DNA from: Candidatus Nealsonbacteria bacterium RIFOXYB1_FULL_40_15
GTDB taxonomy: Bacteria; Patescibacteriota; Minisyncoccia; Minisyncoccales; GWA2-38-27
DNA: 64,000 nucleotides
Reading direction: 5' to 3'
NCBI GenBank assembly: GCA_001821555.1
Contig: MHMM01000010.1
Span: forward strand, 19,629-83,628
Shown one piece after another: positions 40,654-49,009 of the stretch. A program made the translations under genes and the position numbers. The first letter of the stretch is position 1; each line of letters starts with the position of its first letter. A model generated the notes under the pieces. That model saw only the letters and a program-made list of their open reading frames with translations, was not told the origin of the DNA and made no database searches.

Positions 40654-41581
40654 AAAAAATATCTTTATGCGCTTCTTCTTTTCCGGCAAAAGGAGCTGAT
40701 TCCGCCAGAGATATGCTTTTTTCTATCTGTTCATCCTGCTCTTTTTCTATTCTAACCGCGTCTTCTTCTGAAACTCTTTTTCTTAATAATTCCACGGGGT
40801 CTTTCTTCCTCCATTCTTCAAACTCTTCTTTTGGGCGATATTCGTCAAAATATTGGTTGACTCCAACATGTTCTAAATATCTGTAGTAGTTAAAATGCAA
40901 AAAACAGGGCATTCTGTTCTCTTTCATTATATCCAAAGCTTTCTTTGTTGTATTATAAACAACTTCTGCATCCACGCCCTCTTCTTCAAAAACATTGCAT
41001 CTGAATTTGGATGCTATTTCTGAAATTGATTCGTACCCATGCCTCTTGGATATGGGCGTATTTTTGGCGAAACCGTTGTCTTCGCAGATAAATAAAATAG
41101 GAAGCTCCATAAGGCAGGCGATATTTATGCTTTCCCAAAAACACCCTTCTTCAATAGCCCCGTCTCCGAAGAATATAGCTGTTATTTTATTGTTTTTAAT
41201 CCTTTTATTGGCAAAAGCGGCTCCCACAGCCACTGATATCCCTCCCGAAACAATAGCCAATGTGCTCATAAGGCCGTTTTCAGGAGAATTAAGATGCATT
41301 GATCCTGCCTTTCCTTTTGATCCTCCGGTCGCCTTGCCGAACATTTCAGCAAAGAATTCGTCTGTTTCTCCTGTTTTGGAAAGATACAAGGCATGGCTTC
41401 TGCAGCTTCCCAAAACCTGATCTTCTTTATTTAATGCTTGGCACACTCCAGCCGAAATCGCCTCTCCGCCCATAGACATATGCATAGGAGTCTTCATTTT
41501 GTCTTCAGGATAAAGCTGGCAGATTCTTTCTTCGGCTTTTCTGATCAAATAAACCTTTTTGTATAAATCCAGAATTGTCAT
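40634..41581 (-). CDS. 2-oxoacid dehydrogenase E1 alpha-like subunit
   Basis: HMSMGGEA, GKAGSMH, FFGDGAIEEG...EDN, YRYLEH. Confidence 0.9.
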   Translation of the reverse strand: MTILDLYKKVYLIRKAEERICQLYPEDKMKTPMHMSMGGEAISAGVCQALNKEDQVLGSCRSHALYLSKTGETDEFFAEMFGKATGGSKGKAGSMHLNSPENGLMSTLAIVSGGISVAVGAAFANKRIKNNKITAIFFGDGAIEEGCFWESINIACLMELPILFICEDNGFAKNTPISKRHGYESISEIASKFRCNVFEEEGVDAEVVYNTTKKALDIMKENRMPCFLHFNYYRYLEHVGVNQYFDEYRPKEEFEEWRKKDPVELLRKRVSEEDAVRIEKEQDEQIEKSISLAESAPFAGKEEAHKDIFYEKDKL

Positions 41582-43587
41582 TTGCTTAAATAATTCCTCC
41601 AATAATTAAGAATATCTTTTAAAGTGTCATCAAACTTAATTTCTGCTTCCCAGCCAGTTTCTTTCTTGAACTTGTCCGTGCAAGGAATCTGCAAAGTAAC
41701 ATCAGACGGCCTTAATCTTTCAGGGTCCTGCTCCACTCTTATATCCTTGACTGTAGAAAGAGCCAGGAGTTTCTGCAACATCTCTTTTACAGTCATGGTT
41801 TCAACGCCTCCCACATTATATACTTCTCCGGGGGTGCATTTTTCGGGTAAAATCCAGTATGCCCTTACAGCATCTTTCACGTCTAGAAAAGTCCTTATGC
41901 TTTCAAGATTTCCCACTTTAACAACCGGATCTTTTAGCCCTGCTTCTATTTCAGCTATCTGCTTTGCAAAGGTTGATTCAACGAAGACTTCGCCCCTCCT
42001 TGGACCAGTATTGTGGACAATATTGCCTCCAATCCCCGCGTGAAACCAATGATTTTCGGTTTCAAGATCCCAGACTTCGCCAGAATATTGCAATTCTGTT
42101 ATTTTTACAATATCGTTATCTCCTTTCAATAAATGTCTTCCTCTATTGGTTTTCAGTTGAGAAAGACATCTGATTTCAAAATATCTTTTTTCATCTCTAT
42201 GCTCTACAATAATTCTGTATTTACAGTTCAATGCGGTTTCTATAATAAAACAAATTCCTAATGCTAAAATAGGTGATTTTGTTTTAAATCTGTAAAACTT
42301 GCTTTTTACTTTATTTCTCAAGTCTCCGTCTCCGTCATTATAGCCAGAAAGAAAAGCTAATTTAGATTTTTTATCGGCATTAAGAATAATTTGAGGAATT
42401 TTTTTATTTTTATCGACAGCATAACAATCTTGATAAAAACGTTTAGCAATATAAAAAGGTTTTCTTAAATATAATCTGTAAACGCCGCCTTCCCCTGGGA
42501 TTATCTTACTATCAATTGCTAAATTTTTAATCAAAATATTTTGAGCTTTTTTTAATTTACTTTCGTCTTTATTGTCAATGTGCATCCGGCCGCCGCTCAC
42601 ACAGCCTTCCGCGACAAAAAAACCATACAACCAAGCAACTTCTTCGTTCACGGAAGTAATTTCTATTTTAGGAAAAAATGTCAATTTAATTTTATTTCCG
42701 ATTTTTAACTCTCCTGCCTTTACTTCCATGCCAGATTCGTCTATCAAAGAATGATTGTCTGTGGCATCTATCACTCCTCCGCGGCAAGCCACTTCTAGCA
42801 TTTTAACACCATTAATCGGATGGCAAGATATATGCTTAATCTTTATCCAATTTCCGTCATTCCATACCTCCATGCTATTTCTATTCAAGTCCCAAACTTG
42901 TGTACCATCCTTTAACAATGTTCCAGAAAGATAGCCACCCCTTTTTAACGGAGACCTGATCTCTGAAATATATTTTATATCTATCAACCCGCTTATAGAG
43001 TCTCTTAAAATAATAGGCGTCCATTTGCTTACGCTATGCGTAAAAAGTCTTGTTCTTATAGTTCTTATCTTCCAGGACAGCCAGTATTGCAATCCGAGCA
43101 TATCTTCTGCCACCTTGCTCACAGCATAAGGGGAGGCCGGACGAAAAGGATTCTCCTCTTTGATCGGAGTCTCCCCTTCTTTTACCTGCCCGTAGACTTC
43201 CGAAGAAGAACAGATATGCACCACAGGATCGTACCCCGAACCTAACTTTAACTTTTTGACTGCCTCCAAAAGATTAGCTGTCCCTATGACATTGGACTGC
43301 AGAGTGGCTATGGGGGCCTGAAAACTAAAGTCAACATAAGATTGGGCCGCCAGATGAAAAATAACATCCGGCCTGTGCTTTTCCAGCATTGACTGCAAAG
43401 AAGAAAGATCAACCAAGTCTCCCTGACAAAGAGTGATTTTCCCTAAACAGTGTTTTATATTCTCTTTCGGAGACCTCCACCGAACCAGCCCTACAATCTG
43501 AACTTCGGGATGATTTTCCAATATGAAATCCGCCAAATGGCTTCCTACAAAACCGGTTATTCCTGTTATTAAAACTTTTTTTATCAT
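41578..43587 (-). CDS. gmd: GDP-mannose/GDP-heptose 4,6-dehydratase precursor containing an intein (669 aa; 327 aa after splicing)
   Basis: ITGITGFVGSHL, HLAAQSYV, SSSEVYG, SPYAVSK; the exteins rejoin as RLFTH|TGPRRG; C-terminal RLRPSDV. Confidence 0.88.
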   Translation of the reverse strand: MIKKVLITGITGFVGSHLADFILENHPEVQIVGLVRWRSPKENIKHCLGKITLCQGDLVDLSSLQSMLEKHRPDVIFHLAAQSYVDFSFQAPIATLQSNVIGTANLLEAVKKLKLGSGYDPVVHICSSSEVYGQVKEGETPIKEENPFRPASPYAVSKVAEDMLGLQYWLSWKIRTIRTRLFTHSVSKWTPIILRDSISGLIDIKYISEIRSPLKRGGYLSGTLLKDGTQVWDLNRNSMEVWNDGNWIKIKHISCHPINGVKMLEVACRGGVIDATDNHSLIDESGMEVKAGELKIGNKIKLTFFPKIEITSVNEEVAWLYGFFVAEGCVSGGRMHIDNKDESKLKKAQNILIKNLAIDSKIIPGEGGVYRLYLRKPFYIAKRFYQDCYAVDKNKKIPQIILNADKKSKLAFLSGYNDGDGDLRNKVKSKFYRFKTKSPILALGICFIIETALNCKYRIIVEHRDEKRYFEIRCLSQLKTNRGRHLLKGDNDIVKITELQYSGEVWDLETENHWFHAGIGGNIVHNTGPRRGEVFVESTFAKQIAEIEAGLKDPVVKVGNLESIRTFLDVKDAVRAYWILPEKCTPGEVYNVGGVETMTVKEMLQKLLALSTVKDIRVEQDPERLRPSDVTLQIPCTDKFKKETGWEAEIKFDDTLKDILNYWRNYLSK
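42010..43035 (-). mobile_element. Intein (342 aa) with LAGLIDADG homing endonuclease
   Basis: Starts at Ser (SVSKWTPI); block B ATDNH; endonuclease motifs WLYGFFVAEG and AFLSGYNDGDG; block F VWDLETENHWF; ends IVHN followed by Thr+1. Confidence 0.92.
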
Positions 43588-44834
43588 AATTTTTCGGTCT
43601 GCCATTCCAAAAGGGGGCGGATGGCTCCCAAATGCTGGCCGGGCATATAAATTATTCTTTCTTCTGAATTTTCTTCGTAGATCCTGAAAAAAACCGCAGG
43701 CTCTGCTATAGCATCCGCAGGCATTGAAATATCGGAACTCAAATAAGCATTTACCGTATAAGTACCCTCGTTCAAAAGATTGGCGGGTATTCTGCAGGAG
43801 CATTTATAAAGGCCGGGTGCATATTCTTTTTTTCCCCACTTTTTATCGTGCAGATTAGTAGCATAAAACACTAAGCTTCCAAACTGGTTATAAATATGGA
43901 AAACGGGGTTCATCTTTGATTTTTTAAGGCACCAAAATTCAAATTGGACGATAACAGGATCTTCTTTCTTTATATTTTGAGACACCTCTCCTTTTTCATT
44001 GACAGCTTTCACAGATTTGAACTTAAGAGTATCCGATCCCGGAGCATCCTCCAAACTCCATGAAATTTGGCTTGAAGACCCTCCGTCAAGTGAAAGATAT
44101 TCATTTACCACTTCATCAGTCCTGCCCTGTTTTTTAATCTTCCCCTGGCTCAATAATATGGCTTTATTGCATAAAGAAGACACTGCAGACATATTGTGGC
44201 TTACAAACAGCACCGTTCTCCCTCCTTTTGCCACGCCCTCCATTCTTTTAAGGCATTTTTTCTGAAAAGCAGTATCGCCGACTGCCAAAACCTCGTCTAT
44301 TATAAGAATTTCGGGCTCTAAATGGGCAGCCACCGAAAAGGCCAGCCGGACATACATCCCGCTTGAATATCTCTTTACGGGAGTGTCTAGAAACTGCCCG
44401 ATTTCAGCAAATTCCACTATCTCATCAAATTTGGATTCTATTTCTTTTTTAGTCATGCCCAGTATGGCTCCATTCAGATAAACATTCTCCCTGCCGGTAA
44501 GTTCAGGATGAAATCCTGTTCCGACTTCAAGAAGACTTCTGACCCGCCCCCGGATCACAGCCCTCCCTTCTGTGGGCGGAGTAATTCTAGAAAGTATTTT
44601 TAAAAGCGTGCTTTTTCCGGCTCCATTAAGCCCTATTATCCCAAGGACTTCTCCTTCTTCAACCGAAAAATTCACCCCGTCCAAAGCCCAAAAGTTTCCC
44701 TTGCTCCGGTTTTTGATCCAATCTTTTGGATTTCTTATAAAATTAGAAATGTCTTCCCTCAAAGAAAAATACGCTTCCTTTCTTAACCCTATGCGATAAC
44801 TCTTTGAAAGATTTTCAACCTCAATGACTTTCAT
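43584..44834 (-). CDS. wzt: Polysaccharide ABC exporter ATP-binding subunit with C-terminal Wzt_C domain
   Basis: GLNGAGKST, GFHPELTGREN, YSSGM, IDEVLAVGD; about 160-aa C-terminal extension. Confidence 0.92.
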   Translation of the reverse strand: MKVIEVENLSKSYRIGLRKEAYFSLREDISNFIRNPKDWIKNRSKGNFWALDGVNFSVEEGEVLGIIGLNGAGKSTLLKILSRITPPTEGRAVIRGRVRSLLEVGTGFHPELTGRENVYLNGAILGMTKKEIESKFDEIVEFAEIGQFLDTPVKRYSSGMYVRLAFSVAAHLEPEILIIDEVLAVGDTAFQKKCLKRMEGVAKGGRTVLFVSHNMSAVSSLCNKAILLSQGKIKKQGRTDEVVNEYLSLDGGSSSQISWSLEDAPGSDTLKFKSVKAVNEKGEVSQNIKKEDPVIVQFEFWCLKKSKMNPVFHIYNQFGSLVFYATNLHDKKWGKKEYAPGLYKCSCRIPANLLNEGTYTVNAYLSSDISMPADAIAEPAVFFRIYEENSEERIIYMPGQHLGAIRPLLEWQTEKL

Positions 44835-45646
44835 ATAAGGTCAGCGAAGAACATTTCTGTCCTGCGAAAATAAATAATGCCCGCAAAGAATAAAACAATG
44901 CCAATCAGGGCTGATGTTCCTAAAAGACTCCAGTTGATCGCTCCCGTCCCCAAAAGGCCGGCTCTCATTGTTTCTATGACTCCTGACATTGGATTCAAAT
45001 ACCAAAGCCATTGGTATCTTCCTAAAATGCTAGTCGGGTATATGACCGGCGTTATAAAAATAAGAAGCTGGAGAAAAAAAGGCAAAGCATATCTCACATC
45101 CCTGTATTTTACGTTAATAGCAGCCAGCATTAATCCCAATCCCGAAAAAGAAAGAAATGTTATTACAAGACAGGGAATTACCAGAATTATACCCAAAAAT
45201 GTCGGGACAAAGCCGTAATAAACCATTAGAGCCGCAAAAATAACAGTTGCCAGCAGAAAATCTACGAAATAAACAATTGTTGAAGAAAGCGGAAGAATAA
45301 GCCGGGGAAAATAGACTTTTTGAATAAGGTTCTGGCCTCCCAGCAAGCTTGAGGATATCCCGCTCAAAGATCCCGAAAAAAAAGTCCAGAAAAGAAGGCC
45401 AGTATAAACAAAAATAGGATAAGGTATGTCCCCAGAATTTATGCCAGCCACTCTTCCAAAAAAAATAGTGAAAACAAACATAGTTACAAATGGCTGGAGA
45501 ATCGCCCAAAGAACTCCCAGAACCGTCTGCTTGTATCTCACTTTAAGATCGCGCCAGGCAAAAAAATACAGAAGCTCCCTGTATATCCAAAATTCCTTAA
45601 AATCCAGTTTGAATTTTCTTTTAGAGTCTATAACGATTGTATTCAT
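44831..45646 (-). CDS. wzm: Polysaccharide ABC exporter permease
   Basis: RDLKVRYKQTVLGVLWAILQP, KVYFPR, YRDVRY, LNPM. Confidence 0.92.
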   Translation of the reverse strand: MNTIVIDSKRKFKLDFKEFWIYRELLYFFAWRDLKVRYKQTVLGVLWAILQPFVTMFVFTIFFGRVAGINSGDIPYPIFVYTGLLFWTFFSGSLSGISSSLLGGQNLIQKVYFPRLILPLSSTIVYFVDFLLATVIFAALMVYYGFVPTFLGIILVIPCLVITFLSFSGLGLMLAAINVKYRDVRYALPFFLQLLIFITPVIYPTSILGRYQWLWYLNPMSGVIETMRAGLLGTGAINWSLLGTSALIGIVLFFAGIIYFRRTEMFFADLI

Positions 45647-46146
45647 GCCCTCCTTATCTTATTGATTATTTCGGTTGAAGAAACCATCTTCAAGAAATCA
45701 GGAACAACTCTTTTAACCGTTTTAAGTTCTATCCCCAAAGTCTCGGACAATTTTCTTTTCTCTTCAATAGCGGAATCGTCGTCGTTCAAAATATAAAAAT
45801 CTGGTTTTAGTTTTTTCAAAAGAGAAACAAAATGAACTTTTCCCGAACTTAATTCTTCGTCAGCTAAGAGAACATAATCCACATCTTTCATTGAGGCCAA
45901 TAAAAAAAGTCTGTTCTGCTCGTTATTAACAGGCCTTTCGGAACCCTTAAGCTCTTTTATTATTCGATCGGTTCCCAACCCTACCACCAATAAATCGGCA
46001 AATTCTTTGCATTGGCCAAAGAATACGGCATGGCCTGAATGTAGAATATCAAAACACCCGGAGCAAAAAGCAATCTTTTTATCTTTATTCTCAATTCTTA
46101 TCCTCTCTAGATCCTGATAGCTTATAATATTTTTTAGGATTACCAT
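45643..46146 (-). CDS. Cytidylyl/adenylyltransferase (RfaE domain II-like)
   Basis: SGCFDILHSGH HxGH motif, KGSERP, SSTEII. Confidence 0.85.
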   Translation of the reverse strand: MVILKNIISYQDLERIRIENKDKKIAFCSGCFDILHSGHAVFFGQCKEFADLLVVGLGTDRIIKELKGSERPVNNEQNRLFLLASMKDVDYVLLADEELSSGKVHFVSLLKKLKPDFYILNDDDSAIEEKRKLSETLGIELKTVKRVVPDFLKMVSSTEIINKIRRA

Positions 46147-46388
46147 CTTTTTATTATCTCCTTTGTCTTGCCTTTTATTTTATAGTACGCCTTTTCAAGC
46201 GGAGTCTCCCTCTCTGGAGAAACCAATCTCAATAGCTCATAACCCAGTATTTTATACCTTCCGCCTACCTTATTTGCTTTGATAATTCCGTTTTTAAGAA
46301 GGCGCTTGATGGTGCTATTGCTCACTTTAAGATATTCTTGAGCTTCTTCTGTCGTATAAACATTATTCGGCTTAATTTCTTCTGCCAT
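46140..46388 (-). CDS. Small HTH_17 (BldC/Xis-like) DNA-binding protein
   Basis: YTTEEAQEYLKVSNSTIKRLLKNGIIKANKVGGRYKI; start at MAEEIK, just downstream of the predicted promoter. Confidence 0.85.
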   Translation of the reverse strand: MAEEIKPNNVYTTEEAQEYLKVSNSTIKRLLKNGIIKANKVGGRYKILGYELLRLVSPERETPLEKAYYKIKGKTKEIIKRW

Positions 46389-46395
46389 TAATTTC

Positions 46396-46453
46396 ATCTT
46401 AGATAAAAGAAAGGCCCCTGTCAACAAGGGCCAAAAAGGGTCAAAAGAGCTCA
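46396..46453 (-). promoter_or_regulatory. Sigma70 promoter of the glycan operon (TTGACA-17-TAAGAT) with 10-bp-periodic direct repeats over and upstream of -35
   Basis: Minus strand: TGAGCTCTTT TGACCCTTTT TGGCCCTTGT TGACAGGGGC; -35 at 46419-46424, -10 at 46396-46401. Confidence 0.75.
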
Positions 46454-46455
46454 CA

Positions 46456-46713
46456 CTACCCGAACTTCTTCTTCAGAAACAGCTGAACTAAGCTTATAGC
46501 CACTCCTGCTCCGTTTGCCATTATCATGGGCAAAGAAGCTATAAGGAGGCCGTAGATAAGCCAAAGACAGCAATTGGCAAAGTACAAGAAGGCCATTCCC
46601 CAGGACAGGTCTCCTGTTTTTCCGCTTTTCCAAGACTTTACTATCTGGGGTAGCATTATGGAAATGCCTACCGCAGTCGCCAAATACCCTATAACATTAG
46701 TTAAGATATCCAT
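46456..46713 (-). CDS. SemiSWEET/PQ-loop family transporter
   Basis: 85 aa, 3 TM, LPQIVK, DLS, WLIYG, AN. Confidence 0.8.
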   Translation of the reverse strand: MDILTNVIGYLATAVGISIMLPQIVKSWKSGKTGDLSWGMAFLYFANCCLWLIYGLLIASLPMIMANGAGVAISLVQLFLKKKFG

Positions 46714-47230
46714 AGTTTCTCCTTGAAAAGTTCTTATGCTTGACTATTGACTCTGCTGTTTTATAGGCGCCAAAAAAGACTGCTACATAGAAAAGATCTC
46801 CAAAAAGGGCGTTCCGAAAGAAAGGCAAAGCCATCAAATAGCAGTTTACTAATCCCGCCAGATCTCTGGAATACCATGGATAAAAAGCCCAAACAGCAAA
46901 ATTAGTTATCAGAAAGAAGGAAAATGAAGCTACGATTGAAAGAATAAAAATATTGCCCCACTTTTTGTTTTTTTTAATTAAAAAACCGAGGAATATCGGC
47001 ATAAGCAGGGAGAAGTAGACAAAAACCATCAGCTTTAAGTCATAAAAACCTATGATTGCGTCCGAAACCAGCATAATCGCAACCGGGGCCGCAAAAGACA
47101 GTTTTCGGGAGAGATAAGCTCCGCCGAAAAGCCCTATTGCCATCAAAGGAGTGGCATTGGGAAAATGGGGCAGGAGACGGGCGCTTACGCCTATAAATAT
47201 GAAAATAAGGATGAGAATAAATTTATTCAT
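46697..47230 (-). CDS. DUF6580-like membrane protein (ECF S-component-like, possibly cobalamin)
   Basis: RLLPHFPNATP, FFLITNFAVW, Y...L..CY.MALPFF...GDLFY. Confidence 0.65.
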   Translation of the reverse strand: MNKFILILIFIFIGVSARLLPHFPNATPLMAIGLFGGAYLSRKLSFAAPVAIMLVSDAIIGFYDLKLMVFVYFSLLMPIFLGFLIKKNKKWGNIFILSIVASFSFFLITNFAVWAFYPWYSRDLAGLVNCYLMALPFFRNALFGDLFYVAVFFGAYKTAESIVKHKNFSRRNYGYLN

Positions 47231-47585
47231 ATCTAAACTCCACTTTATCCCCTTTGTTAACTATATATTTATCTGCTGAAACCATAGGCATTTCACCGTT
47301 TACATAATAAGACCAGTACCTCCCTTCTTCCCCGTTCTTTTTCCCTTTTATTGATTCTACCAAAACTCCAAAACTGAAATCTTTTGTTTCAAAGGGAATC
47401 TTGGTTTTTGCCAAAAGTTCAAGCGCGCTGGCATTTTCTTCAAAAAAAACAAATGCCTCTGATTCAACGGAGAAAATAATCCCCCCTTCTTTCTTTTCCT
47501 TTGCGGGAGAATCCGCGCTTTTAAAAGAAAAAATTACCGCAAAAGTAATAATTAATAAGAATAATGCTGTTAGAATCTTCTTCAT
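47223..47585 (-). CDS. DUF4430 (transcobalamin C-terminal-like) membrane-anchored protein
   Basis: N-terminal TM; FGVLVESIKG, YWSYYVNG, VSADKY...GDKVEFRY. Confidence 0.75.
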   Translation of the reverse strand: MKKILTALFLLIITFAVIFSFKSADSPAKEKKEGGIIFSVESEAFVFFEENASALELLAKTKIPFETKDFSFGVLVESIKGKKNGEEGRYWSYYVNGEMPMVSADKYIVNKGDKVEFRYE

Positions 47586-48022
47586 AATGCTTTTTTAGCA
47601 GCTTTTTTGATAAGCCAGGAGGAGCTTTGAACCTTGTCTCCGCCGACATTGCCCAAAACCTCTATTCCATATCTCGCGCAAATTTCTTTTTCGTTTTCAG
47701 GTATATTATCTATGCTCCTATCCCCTCCTTTGGCAAAGATAAGTTTTCCCTTCGTTTTTTTAGCTATTTTCTCTAGGCTTTTTGCCACAGAAGAGTCTTT
47801 ATCTATTGAGAGGACAACCTTATCCGGATATTTCAGGCTTTCTACAATCTCCGCCCTTTCCTCTTCTGTCATAAAAGGGACGCTTCCTTTTATCTTGACC
47901 TGCTTATCGTTATTAACTATGACTATTAATTCGTCCCCCAGCTTTTTGGCTTCTCTTATCAGTCTCACATGCCCCATATGCAGGGGGTTAAAGTAACCTG
48001 AAGTTATGACAGTTATCTTCAT
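47582..48022 (-). CDS. Cytidylyltransferase family protein
   Basis: SGYFNPLHMGH, FAKGGDR, KVQSSSWL. Confidence 0.85.
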   Translation of the reverse strand: MKITVITSGYFNPLHMGHVRLIREAKKLGDELIVIVNNDKQVKIKGSVPFMTEEERAEIVESLKYPDKVVLSIDKDSSVAKSLEKIAKKTKGKLIFAKGGDRSIDNIPENEKEICARYGIEVLGNVGGDKVQSSSWLIKKAAKKAL

Positions 48023-48043
48023 AGAAATAATTGTAGTATAAAT

Positions 48044-48910
48044 TCAAAATATGTCCAGCCATTTTGCCAGTTTTTCCAAGGTTTTCTTTGAATTATCGGA
48101 AGATATAAAATCCTCTCTTAAAACTTCTATAACTATGTTAACATCTGAAAGCTTCTTTAAAAAAGGAGTTATTTCTTCCTTAAACACCCTGATTGATATA
48201 TCTCCCTCTCCCGGAACAAGCCCCCCCTCAAACCCATCAGACCCCGTCTTGCCGTCGTTAAAATGTATCTCCTTGATTATGGGAGCGATCTTTTCCATTT
48301 CTTTAACCAGGTCATTAGAAAGGGTTGCCAAATGGCACAAATCCACAGTGGCGAAAACTCCGCCAGGCAGATTTTTGAAATCTTCTAGATTATTAAAGCC
48401 CACCCCGAATCCAAAGCCAGGATCATAACAGGCGGGAATGTTTTCAAGGCAGATTATTCCTTTAAAGTCTGCTTTTGAAACATATTCAGACACTTTTTTT
48501 ATCTGTTTTTCAACTAAAGAAGCTGATTCTTCTTTGGGAGGCAAGACCTCTGAAAATACAGGAGCATGGAAATTAACAAGAGAAGCCCCGAAACGCTCTG
48601 CAACAGCAAGAATGTGGGAAAAGTCCTCAAATCCCTTGTTATTCTCCAAACCGAATGTATCGCTTGCTATATCCTCTACTTTTATGGGAGCATGCAGAGA
48701 AAAAAAGAAGTTTTCTCCGGCTTCTTTCCTGAATTTTTTAAGATTCTTTTCTGCATTTTTTAAGGATTCCAAATCAAAGAAATCTTTCCACTTTCCGCAA
48801 AGCTCCAAACCGATAGGATAATTTTTGCCCAAACAACTTTCCAAAATATCTTTTCTAGCATAAAGCTCTTCTTCTTTGAAGGGAGAGCAAGGCAGGCTTA
48901 TTCTCAACAT
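48044..48910 (-). CDS. Sugar phosphate isomerase/epimerase (xylose-isomerase-like TIM barrel)
   Basis: SLHAP, NFH, CLEN, DLCH, EIHFND, PGEG, VIEV. Confidence 0.7.
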   Translation of the reverse strand: MLRISLPCSPFKEEELYARKDILESCLGKNYPIGLELCGKWKDFFDLESLKNAEKNLKKFRKEAGENFFFSLHAPIKVEDIASDTFGLENNKGFEDFSHILAVAERFGASLVNFHAPVFSEVLPPKEESASLVEKQIKKVSEYVSKADFKGIICLENIPACYDPGFGFGVGFNNLEDFKNLPGGVFATVDLCHLATLSNDLVKEMEKIAPIIKEIHFNDGKTGSDGFEGGLVPGEGDISIRVFKEEITPFLKKLSDVNIVIEVLREDFISSDNSKKTLEKLAKWLDIF

Positions 48911-48939
48911 ATTTTTAAGTATAACAATTTAATGGAAAT

Positions 48940-48979
48940 AAAAAAAGCTCTCAACAATAACTTGCGTTTTTGTGAGAGC
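48940..48979 (-). terminator. Possible intrinsic terminator downstream of the HD gene
   Basis: GCTCTCA...TGAGAGC stem followed by T7 on the minus strand; long (19-nt) loop. Confidence 0.4.
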
Positions 48980-49009
48980 AAAGAGCATTATGTCTGCACA
49001 ATCTCCTTC

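Noticed and set aside
28031..41581. Transketolase, PDH E1 and acetolactate synthase as central metabolism genes
   Set aside because: No E2/E3, ilvN or ilvC nearby; the genes are duplicated and interleaved with nucleotide-sugar genes.
43588..43803. 72-aa N-terminal extension of the 741-aa ORF
   Set aside because: It overlaps wzt in another frame; the Rossmann motif begins right after the ATG at 43587, which overlaps the wzt stop.
46140..46388. HTH_17 gene as a prophage excisionase
   Set aside because: No integrase, att site or phage genes; it overlaps the first glycan gene.
92..48821. Numerous plus-strand ORFs of 60-233 aa opposite the operon
   Set aside because: Antisense shadows of well-supported minus-strand genes, with no recognisable motifs.
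47586..49009. Cobalamin riboswitch upstream of the DUF4430/DUF6580 pair
   Set aside because: No intergenic space directly upstream and no B12-box motif seen in the nearby short spacers.
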